Part shown: positions 25,258 through 32,000 of the stretch, piece after piece | How the letters are laid out: every line of letters begins with the position of its first letter | How positions within the stretch are numbered: position 1 is the stretch's first letter | Program-made: the position numbers and the translations under genes | Assembly: GCF_000253055.1 (NCBI RefSeq) | Contig: NC_016070.1 | Coordinates: forward strand, 930,001 to 962,000 | DNA length: 32,000 bases | Direction: 5' to 3' | DNA from: Thermoproteus tenax Kra 1 | GTDB lineage: Archaea > Thermoproteota > Thermoprotei > Thermoproteales > Thermoproteaceae | Notes under the pieces: model-generated | Databases searched by the model: none | What the model was told of the DNA's origin: nothing | The model's input: the letters and a program-made list of their open reading frames with translations, nothing else

Positions 25258-27003
25258 ATGGACTTTATATATTGTGACGTAGTAGTGGTAGGATCGGGGT
25301 TGGCGGGGCTGCGCGCCGCCATAGCAGCCGCTGAGTCCAAGCCGGATCTCGAGGTGTGCGTAGTGACCAAAGTCTCGGGGCCGAGGTCCCACAGCATTGC
25401 CGCCGAGGGAGGAATGGCCGGCGTCCTCTACCCAGAGAAGACGGGCGACAGCGCGGAGCTCCACGCATATGACACAGTGAAGGGAGGCGACTTCCTGGTG
25501 GACCAAGACGCTGCGTTGATGTTGGCGCAGGAGGCCCCCAAGGAGATATTCTACCTCGAGAAGCTCGGCGTGCCGTGGAACCGCGACGCCGATGGCAGAA
25601 TAGCGCTGAGGCTCTTCGGAGGTATGTCCAAGCCCAGGACCGCCTTCGCCAGGGACAAGACCGGCTTCTTCGTGATGTCGGCCTTATATAGAGCGGCGAG
25701 GTCGCTCCCCATCAAGTTCTACGAGGAGCATTTGGTCACCAAGCTCTTCATAAAGAGGGGGCAGTTCGCCGGCCTCATCGCCCTCGATCTGAGGCGCGGC
25801 GAGCTGAGGCTCTTCAGAGCTAAGGCGGGCGTGATTGCCACGGGAGGAGGGGGAAGGATGTTCAAGTTGACCACCATGGGCTTCGCCAATACGGGCGAGA
25901 TGTGGGGCATCGCTCTGAGGGAGGGCATAGCGCTGAAGGACATGGAGTTCGTCCAGTGGCATCCCACTGCGCTAGTCCCGAGCGGGATCCTGATAAGCGA
26001 GGCCGCAAGAGCCGAGGGCGCCTATCTCGTGAACAAGCTCGGCGAGAGGTTCATGGCGCGTTACGCACCACAGAGGATGGAGCTGGCCCCAAGGGACGTA
26101 GTCGCCAGGGCGATAGCCACCGAGTGTATGGCCGGAAGGGGGTTTATACACGAGGAGTCAAAGATGTGCTACGTAGGTCTCGATCTGAGACATATAGACC
26201 CACAGAGGATGAAGGAGAGGCTTCCTCTGTTGATGGAGGTAGTCAGGACGTACGCCGGCCTGGACCCCACCAAGGACTTGATCCCGGTGGCGCCCGCCGT
26301 GCACTACTTCATGGGAGGGATACACACGGACCTACACGGGAGAGTGTTGGACGCCAACGGGAGATGGATCATAGGCCTCTGGGCCGCGGGCGAGGCCGCC
26401 TCAGTCTCTGTGCATGGGGCCAACAGACTTGGCTCGAACTCTCTGGCCGAGTGCGCCGTGTGGGGCAGATTGACGGGCATTCAAGCCGCCGAGTTTGCCT
26501 CGTCGACCCAACAGCCCCCCGCCCTCGATCTGGAGGCGAAGACCGTGTACGGCGCAGAGGAGAGGAGGATATTCGACAAGCTTCTTCACCGTGAGAGCGG
26601 AGGGATATCTCTGGGCCAAGTAAAGTCGGCCATCCAAGAGGCTCTCCACAGCGGCGCGGGCATATTCAGACACAAGTCCACTATCGAGGAGGCCCTTACT
26701 AAGGTCACGAGGACGGCCGCTAAGGTGATGCAAGTGAACGTACACGATGTGGGGAGGACCTACAACATGGAGCTCAAGGAGCTGTTGGAGCTCGACGGAG
26801 CCGTGCTCGCGGCACAAGTGATACTCATGGGCGCCTACTTTAGACAAGAGTCGAGGGGGTCCCACTATCGGTTGGACCACCCCAGCCGCGACGACTCCAG
26901 ATGGCTGGTCCACACTATCGCCTATAGATACGGCGATGGGGTCGTCCTAAAGTGGGAGCCCGTGAGGATCTTGAAATGGCCGCCCGAGGTCAGATCCTAT
27001 TAA
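25258..27003 (+). CDS. frdA: Fumarate reductase / succinate dehydrogenase flavoprotein subunit
   Basis: DVVVVGSGLAGLRAAIAA, RSHSIAAEGG (FAD-histidine region), VQWHPTAL, HYFMGGI, HGANRLGSNSLAE and ESRGSHYR are canonical SdhA/FrdA blocks. Confidence 0.9.
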   Translation: MDFIYCDVVVVGSGLAGLRAAIAAAESKPDLEVCVVTKVSGPRSHSIAAEGGMAGVLYPEKTGDSAELHAYDTVKGGDFLVDQDAALMLAQEAPKEIFYLEKLGVPWNRDADGRIALRLFGGMSKPRTAFARDKTGFFVMSALYRAARSLPIKFYEEHLVTKLFIKRGQFAGLIALDLRRGELRLFRAKAGVIATGGGGRMFKLTTMGFANTGEMWGIALREGIALKDMEFVQWHPTALVPSGILISEAARAEGAYLVNKLGERFMARYAPQRMELAPRDVVARAIATECMAGRGFIHEESKMCYVGLDLRHIDPQRMKERLPLLMEVVRTYAGLDPTKDLIPVAPAVHYFMGGIHTDLHGRVLDANGRWIIGLWAAGEAASVSVHGANRLGSNSLAECAVWGRLTGIQAAEFASSTQQPPALDLEAKTVYGAEERRIFDKLLHRESGGISLGQVKSAIQEALHSGAGIFRHKSTIEEALTKVTRTAAKVMQVNVHDVGRTYNMELKELLELDGAVLAAQVILMGAYFRQESRGSHYRLDHPSRDDSRWLVHTIAYRYGDGVVLKWEPVRILKWPPEVRSY

Positions 27004-27302
27004 AGCTCGGCGATGAGATCCTTCACTACTTTGTCTGTCAGAGGCTCGACGTAGACTGCGTTGGTCCCTAAGTCGGATATCTTGGTTGCACAGGCGAGCC
27101 GCGGCGTTCCGTTTATCTTCACCATACATGCGCCGCAGATGCCCATTCTGCACGCGTAGCGGAACGCCAGAGAGCCGTCTAGATCGTCTCTCACCTTTAT
27201 CAAGAGGTCGAGGATCGTCGTGTTGGAGTCGGCGTCGACCGTGTACTTCTGTTCGTACTGTGCTCCGTCTCTATATCGTTTCACCGTCAATATGACCTTC
27301 AC
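27000..27302 (-). CDS. Stand-alone [2Fe-2S] domain protein equivalent to the N-terminal domain of FrdB/SdhB
   Basis: GTG start. FRYACRMGICGACMVKINGTPRLAC gives C-x4-C-x2-C-x11-C, the SdhB/FrdB N-domain 2Fe-2S pattern. At only 100 aa, no second Cys cluster for 4Fe-4S/3Fe-4S is present. GTGA overlap with the upstream ADH. Confidence 0.75.
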   Translation of the reverse strand: MKVILTVKRYRDGAQYEQKYTVDADSNTTILDLLIKVRDDLDGSLAFRYACRMGICGACMVKINGTPRLACATKISDLGTNAVYVEPLTDKVVKDLIAEL

Positions 27303-28390
27303 GGCAACACTATGGGCCTTATCGATCTCCCCGATCTGAGGGCCTCCACGGCCTCGTTGATCTGCTCCAGCTTATAGAAGTCGCGGGCCATAAGCTCGGG
27401 CCTCAAGAGGCCGCGCTCGACCATGCCGATAACCTTGGGCAGATCGACGCGAGGCCTTGCGCCGTAGCTGCCGATCACACTGATGCCTCCCCTCACCACG
27501 CGCGCGACGTGTAGCGGCGCCTTCTTGCCCAGCCCCATGAGGCCGACCAACACCACTCTTCCGCCGGTTGAGGCCATATCGATAGCTTGTTCCACTGTCT
27601 GCTCGCTGCCCACCGCCTCCACGACTACGTCGGCGCCTCTTCCGTCTGTGAGCTTCCTCACCTCGGCCACCGCATCGCCGTCCCTAGCGTTTACAACCTC
27701 GGCGCCCATCTCGGCCGCAAGCTTTAGCTTCTCCGGGTTTCTGCCCACCGCTATGACTCTGGCTCCCACAGCCCTTGCCACTTGGACGATCGCCAGTCCC
27801 ACGCCGCCCGTGCCTATCACGGCCACTGTGTCGCCCGGCTGCACAGAGCCCGAGTTCACGACTGCGCCGTAGGCGGTCAAGAAAGCGCAGCCCAACATGG
27901 CGAGCTCCGGCCTGTTGGCCAACCTCGGCGGGAGCTTGGCGACCGCTGAGGCTGGGACCACAGCCTCCTGCGCCCAGAGGCCTCCCAGAAATATCCTCAA
28001 GGGCTCGCCGCTCTTCCTCCTTCTGAGCCGCGTAGTGCCGTCCAATAGCACTCCCTTTAATCTGACCTCTGAGAACCTCTCGCAGAGGTTCTCGTGGCCT
28101 CTGGCGCAGTTCCTACATCTGCCGCAGGGCCATATGAAGCTGGTGACCACTAAGTCGCCGCGGGAGAGCCCTTGCACGTCAGGCCCCACTTCGATTACCT
28201 CGGCCACGGCCTCATGGCCTGGCACCAAGGGGGGCGGCACGGGGGTTGCCCCCTCTAGGACGTAGAGGTCGCTGTGGCAGACTCCCGCCGCTTTGACTCT
28301 AAGCGCCACTTCCCCCGACTTGGGAGGCTCTACGTCTACCTCCTCTATAACGAGCTCACTGTTATATTTCTCCAATATAGCGGCCTCCAT
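27299..28390 (-). CDS. Zinc-dependent medium-chain alcohol dehydrogenase; candidate succinic semialdehyde reductase
   Basis: GVCHSDLYV, GHEAVAEV, structural zinc loop CGRCRNCARGHENLC and Rossmann VAVIGTGGVGL. The physiological substrate is inferred from cluster context. Confidence 0.85.
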   Translation of the reverse strand: MEAAILEKYNSELVIEEVDVEPPKSGEVALRVKAAGVCHSDLYVLEGATPVPPPLVPGHEAVAEVIEVGPDVQGLSRGDLVVTSFIWPCGRCRNCARGHENLCERFSEVRLKGVLLDGTTRLRRRKSGEPLRIFLGGLWAQEAVVPASAVAKLPPRLANRPELAMLGCAFLTAYGAVVNSGSVQPGDTVAVIGTGGVGLAIVQVARAVGARVIAVGRNPEKLKLAAEMGAEVVNARDGDAVAEVRKLTDGRGADVVVEAVGSEQTVEQAIDMASTGGRVVLVGLMGLGKKAPLHVARVVRGGISVIGSYGARPRVDLPKVIGMVERGLLRPELMARDFYKLEQINEAVEALRSGRSIRPIVLP

Positions 28391-28520
28391 GGTGCGCGTT
28401 GAAAGGACTCTTTTAAAATTTTTTCTAAAAGATATTAATATTTTATATTTATCATTATATTCTATTAAGTTCTAATGTAAAGAATAAAAAGATTTATATT
28501 AAGTCTGTTTTCAAGCGATA
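28391..28520. promoter_or_regulatory. Divergent AT-rich promoter region: ADH/2Fe-2S operon <-> PEP carboxylase operon
   Basis: 'cttttaaaattttttct' (28410-28426) starts 20 nt from the minus-strand ATG 28390. 'tttatatt' (28493-28500) lies 28 nt before ATG 28521. Confidence 0.55.
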
Positions 28521-29894
28521 ATGATTCCGCGGCTCATGTGCACTCAACATCCTGACACGACCGTCAAGATAACGGCGGGCGAGGAGGTAGACGAGGCCCT
28601 TGTGGCCTACACTGCGTACGGATGCGAGGAGGTCATGGTCGATTATGAGGGCAAGCTGACGCCCTTCACTCAGCCCAAGGAGATCGTCATGAGGGCGTTG
28701 GCCGCCGGCGTGAAGTTGGGCGAGAAGTTCTTCATCACTCCCAGGCTTCCGAACCCCAAACTGGAGGAGTTCGATAGGGCGATGCTGTCTCTTGAGGCGG
28801 CGGTAGTGGCCAACTACTTCTCGCTTAAGTATATGGACACCCAGGCGGTGAGGTGGGTCGTGTTGCCCATGGTGGAGGACCTAGACACAGTTCTCCTGGT
28901 TAGGAGAATGTTGAGGAGGAAAATACAAGCATACAGGGAGGAGACAAACCTCGAGATCTCCGACATAGAGGTTATACCGCTGATCGAGGACGCCTTCGCC
29001 CAACTCAAATTTGAGGCGTTTCTCGCCGAGATAATGAGGGACGGGCGCGTGGAGAGCTTCCGCCTGTTCTTGGGCAAGTCAGACTCAGCTGTGAAGTACG
29101 GACACATAGCCTCGGCTCTGGCAATCGTCTGGGTGTTGTCCAGAGTGAGGAGGGCCGAACAGGAGCTGGGCATCAAGATACATCCCATCCTCGGCATGGG
29201 CACTCCGCCCTTCAGAGGAGCTATAAACAACCCTGCTCTGGCCCACCTGGAGGTGATTCAATACGCCGGCTACCACACTGCCACTATCCAGTCGGCTATA
29301 CGTTACGATGCGTCCTTCGAGGACTATATCAAGGTGAAGGACTCCATACTGAACGCCTGTTGCATGGACGCGAGAGGGGTCGACGATGTGGACAAGCTCG
29401 TGGGCGAGGCAGCCACGAGCTACAAGTCCGTAGTAGCGAAATATGTGAACGCGCTCCTCGAGGTGGCGAGGCTAGTGCCCTCCACGAGGGACAGAGTCAG
29501 TTGGAAGGTCTACGGGAGACAGTTCGTGGCCGAGGATAGAGCAGTCAATATGCCCAGAGCAATAGTCTATACCTCCACTTGGTACGCGATGGGCCTCCCG
29601 CCCATATTCTTGGACTCGCCCTTTATAGTGAAGTTGGCCAAGGAGGACAGGCTAGACGGCTTGCTCAAGTCGCTCCCTACTCTCAAGAAGGAGTGGGAGT
29701 ACGACTCGGAGTTCTTCGACTACGACACTGCCGCCAAATACATCGGAGAGGAATTGATAAAAAGCGTCAGAGAGGCCATGGACTACATGGGCATAAACCC
29801 GAGGACGAACGGAGCCTACGCGGCGCTTCTGAGGATGCCCCGGAGCGAGTCCAACATAATCGCCATGGGCAAATACAGAAAGTTCCTGGGTTAA
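28521..29894 (+). CDS. ppcA: Archaeal-type phosphoenolpyruvate carboxylase
   Basis: The N-terminus MIPRLMCTQHPD is the hallmark start of archaeal PepcA. The length of about 460 aa is far shorter than bacterial Ppc. Context is a CO2-fixation cluster. Confidence 0.85.
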   Translation: MIPRLMCTQHPDTTVKITAGEEVDEALVAYTAYGCEEVMVDYEGKLTPFTQPKEIVMRALAAGVKLGEKFFITPRLPNPKLEEFDRAMLSLEAAVVANYFSLKYMDTQAVRWVVLPMVEDLDTVLLVRRMLRRKIQAYREETNLEISDIEVIPLIEDAFAQLKFEAFLAEIMRDGRVESFRLFLGKSDSAVKYGHIASALAIVWVLSRVRRAEQELGIKIHPILGMGTPPFRGAINNPALAHLEVIQYAGYHTATIQSAIRYDASFEDYIKVKDSILNACCMDARGVDDVDKLVGEAATSYKSVVAKYVNALLEVARLVPSTRDRVSWKVYGRQFVAEDRAVNMPRAIVYTSTWYAMGLPPIFLDSPFIVKLAKEDRLDGLLKSLPTLKKEWEYDSEFFDYDTAAKYIGEELIKSVREAMDYMGINPRTNGAYAALLRMPRSESNIIAMGKYRKFLG

Positions 29895-29895
29895 T

Positions 29896-30312
29896 ATGTC
29901 GTTGGGACAGTTTGTTAAGAGAAGCCCGCTGACCGCACGCCCCGAGACTCCGTTGAGAGAGATCGTCAGACTCATGGCCGAGAACAACGTTGGCTCCGTC
30001 GTCCTAGTCGACGATGCCAATAAGCCCGTGGGTATTATTACTGAGAGGGACGTAGTGAAGGCGCTCGCCAGAGGTCTCACATTGGACGACCAAGCCTCCC
30101 GGGCCGGCACTATGGGGGACCTAGTGACGGCGCAGCCCTCCGAGGACGCCTACGTTGCACTGAAAAGAATGCGCGAGAGGAGGATAAGGCACTTGGTCTT
30201 GGTGAATAACGACGGGACTCTCGCCGGCGTGATATCTATACGCGATCTGTTGGAGGATGTAGCGTTAAAATACCTCGGGGATAAAGTATGGTGGCCTCCT
30301 CCGGAGGATTGA
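29896..30312 (+). CDS. Stand-alone CBS-pair protein (first of a tandem pair)
   Basis: Starts 1 nt after the PEPC stop. Two CBS repeats: LREIVRLMAENNVGSVVLVDDANKPVGIITERDVVKAL and AYVALKRMRERRIRHLVLVNNDGTLAGVISIRDLLED. Confidence 0.8.
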   Translation: MSLGQFVKRSPLTARPETPLREIVRLMAENNVGSVVLVDDANKPVGIITERDVVKALARGLTLDDQASRAGTMGDLVTAQPSEDAYVALKRMRERRIRHLVLVNNDGTLAGVISIRDLLEDVALKYLGDKVWWPPPED

Positions 30313-30719
30313 AGGTCGGGGATCTTGTCAGAAGACCCCCCTTGGTCATCCACCCCGACTCCACGTTGTTGGAGGCGGTTGACAGACTGATGGAGCACAA
30401 CGTGGGCGCTCTGGTCGTCGTTAGGCGGGAGGAGCCCGACAAGGCTGTGGCGGTGCTCTCGGAGAGAGACATAGTGCGGGCCCTCAACATGAGGATGGCC
30501 CTCTCCACGCCCGTCGAGGCCTTTATGTCTCCAGGGGTTATCTCCATAGAGTACGACCAGCCGTTGTCGAAAGCCGCCGAGCTTATGTGGAGATACAACG
30601 TAAGACATTTAGTTGTCACCAAGGAGGGCAAGCTCTACGGAGTCATATCTATACGCGACTTGATCAAGCCTGAATCGCTCCAGGCGATATGTAGGGAGGG
30701 GCTGTTTCACAGTTCTTGA
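30288..30719 (+). CDS. Stand-alone CBS-pair protein (second of a tandem pair)
   Basis: Overlaps the previous CBS gene by 25 nt. [40 protein letters not shown] and [37 protein letters not shown]. Closest in sequence to the 24769 paralogue. Confidence 0.8.
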   Translation: MVASSGGLKVGDLVRRPPLVIHPDSTLLEAVDRLMEHNVGALVVVRREEPDKAVAVLSERDIVRALNMRMALSTPVEAFMSPGVISIEYDQPLSKAAELMWRYNVRHLVVTKEGKLYGVISIRDLIKPESLQAICREGLFHSS

Positions 30720-30932
30720 TCGTTGCCCCCATGCCCGATGGCCCCGCGCCGGAGGCAGCCGGGCTGTCAGCGAAGGCGCAGGCGAGGAGGAGGCCCTTGG
30801 GCGCGAGCGGCCGGCTGCAATCAGCGGTGGACGCCTAGGGACAGACGGGGCGCCTGACCATATAAATATGGTATATACTGGAAAGGGGAAATATATAGCA
30901 TTACCTCTATAATTTATTTATTGAACATCTTT

Positions 30933-32000
30933 ATGGTACTGGCCTATCTCGTTGCCGCCGGCATGAGCAAGATAGGCAAGAGGGAGGAGAGCTCGCGGGA
31001 GCTCGTCGAAGAGGCCTTCCGCGAGGTCCTAGAGGTCGTGGATCCGAGGGAGATAGAGGCGGTCTACGTCGGCGTCCAGTCTGAGACGTACGAGCACCAG
31101 ATAATGTACGGCTCCCTCATCGCTGAGGCGCTCGGCCTCCTGCCCAGGGAGGCGTATAGAGTTGAAGCGTGCGCCGCCGCAGGCGCGTTGGCGCTTCATA
31201 ACGCCGTATTGGCGGTCAGATCGGGGCTTGTTGACGTTGCTCTGGCGGTGGGCGTCGAGAAGATGACCGCCAAGAGCACTCAAGAGGTCACAGACGCCCT
31301 CATGGCGGCCAGCGACCTCGTCGACCAGCTCAGCGGAGTGACGATACCTGCCCACTACGCCATGGTGGCGAGGAGGTATATGTACCTCTACGGCGCAACT
31401 GAGGAGGATCTGTGCGCCGTGGCTGTCAAAAACCACAGACACGCTTTAGAAAACCCCAAGGCCCACTTCAGAAAGGCCATAAGCGTGGAAGAGTGCCTCA
31501 GGAGCAAGCCCGTGGCCACTCCGTTGAAGTTGCTCGATTCGGCGCCCATAAGCGACGGAGCGGCACTCGCCGTAGTGGCCTCCGAGAGGGCCGCGAGGAG
31601 GCTGACCGACGCGCCGGTGAAGATATTGGCGTCGACGGTGGCCACGGACACTCTGAGCGTATCCCAGAGGGACGACCTAATCTGGCCCAGGGCAGTGTAC
31701 GAGGCCGCCCAGAGGGCCTACAGACAGTCGGGCCTGGAGCCCTCGAAGATCCAAGTGGCCGAGGTTCATGACGCCTTCACTATAAACGAGATACTCATGT
31801 ACGAGGCCCTGGGATTTGCCGAGAGGGGGAAGGGGTATCTGCTTGCGCGAGAGGGCCAGACCTACATAGGAGGGAAAATACCGGTAAACCCAGATGGCGG
31901 CCTCAAGGCCAGGGGACACCCCATCGGCGCCACGGGCTTAGCCCAGATCTATGAGCTCTACCTACAGCTGACGGGTAGAGCGGGGCGGAGGAACACGGGC
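30933..32000 (+). CDS. Thiolase (acetyl-CoA C-acetyltransferase, archaeal SCP-x-like type), 3' end beyond window
   Basis: Absent from the ORF track because it has no stop before the window end. ATG 30933 is open for 356 codons: MVLAYLVAAGMSKIGKREE..., VEACAAAGALALHNAV (nucleophile Cys region), AEVHDAFTINE, NPDGGLKARGHPIGATGL. TATA-like 'ctataatttattta' lies just upstream. Confidence 0.85.
   Translation, partial: MVLAYLVAAGMSKIGKREESSRELVEEAFREVLEVVDPREIEAVYVGVQSETYEHQIMYGSLIAEALGLLPREAYRVEACAAAGALALHNAVLAVRSGLVDVALAVGVEKMTAKSTQEVTDALMAASDLVDQLSGVTIPAHYAMVARRYMYLYGATEEDLCAVAVKNHRHALENPKAHFRKAISVEECLRSKPVATPLKLLDSAPISDGAALAVVASERAARRLTDAPVKILASTVATDTLSVSQRDDLIWPRAVYEAAQRAYRQSGLEPSKIQVAEVHDAFTINEILMYEALGFAERGKGYLLAREGQTYIGGKIPVNPDGGLKARGHPIGATGLAQIYELYLQLTGRAGRRNTG

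Noticed and set aside
30720-30860. A GC-rich 140-nt spacer after the last CBS gene contains a 35-codon Ala/Pro/Arg-rich ORF and shares ATGGCCCCG with the spacer at 8.7 kb.
   Set aside because: The translation is low-complexity, the spacer has no promoter-like element, and a 9-mer match in GC-rich DNA is not significant. I could draw no convincing secondary structure.
1-32000. I scanned for CRISPR arrays, rRNA and tRNA genes.
   Set aside because: No regularly spaced direct repeats, no T-loop or anticodon-arm patterns and no rRNA-like conserved stretches were seen. Nearly all the sequence is accounted for by protein-coding genes.

Overview
The window looks like a compact hyperthermophilic crenarchaeal chromosome of Pyrobaculum/Thermoproteus type. 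Coding DNA is GC-rich, intergenic promoters are short and sharply AT-rich, TATA boxes sit about 20-28 nt before start codons (leaderless style), many start/stop codons overlap, and there is a PaREP1-like relic. All identifications rest on motifs read by eye; no search was run.

Content by region:
- 1-3.9 kb: a DsbA-like CxxC protein, two flavoproteins and an orphan FtsX-type permease.
- 3.8-6.3 kb: an archaeal CoA-precursor operon (ketopantoate reductase, phosphopantothenate synthetase, pantoate kinase).
- 6.4-7.5 kb: a visibly AT-richer NiCoT metal transporter.
- 8.2-8.6 kb: a frameshifted PaREP1-like pseudogene.
- 8.8-15.9 kb: anaerobic cobalamin genes in two divergent operons, panB-cbiE-cbiG and (cbiX-cbiC fusion)-cbiH-cbiD-cbiT-cbiL-cbiF.
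- 16.3-17.5 kb: glutamate dehydrogenase.
- 17.5-18.9 kb: an AT-rich junk island holding a decayed TnpB fragment with hairpins and an orphan minimal nucleotidyltransferase.
- 18.9-32 kb: a dicarboxylate/4-hydroxybutyrate CO2-fixation supercluster. It holds an ACS-type ligase, a CoA-acylating ALDH, 4-hydroxybutyryl-CoA dehydratase, FrdA, a 100-aa 2Fe-2S mini-FrdB, a Zn-ADH, archaeal PEP carboxylase and a thiolase.

The most interesting unexplained components sit in that last cluster: three paralogous stand-alone CBS-pair proteins coupled to the dehydratase and to PEP carboxylase, a beta-carbonic-anhydrase-like protein, and the truncated fumarate-reductase iron-sulfur subunit. No rRNA, tRNA or CRISPR array was found.
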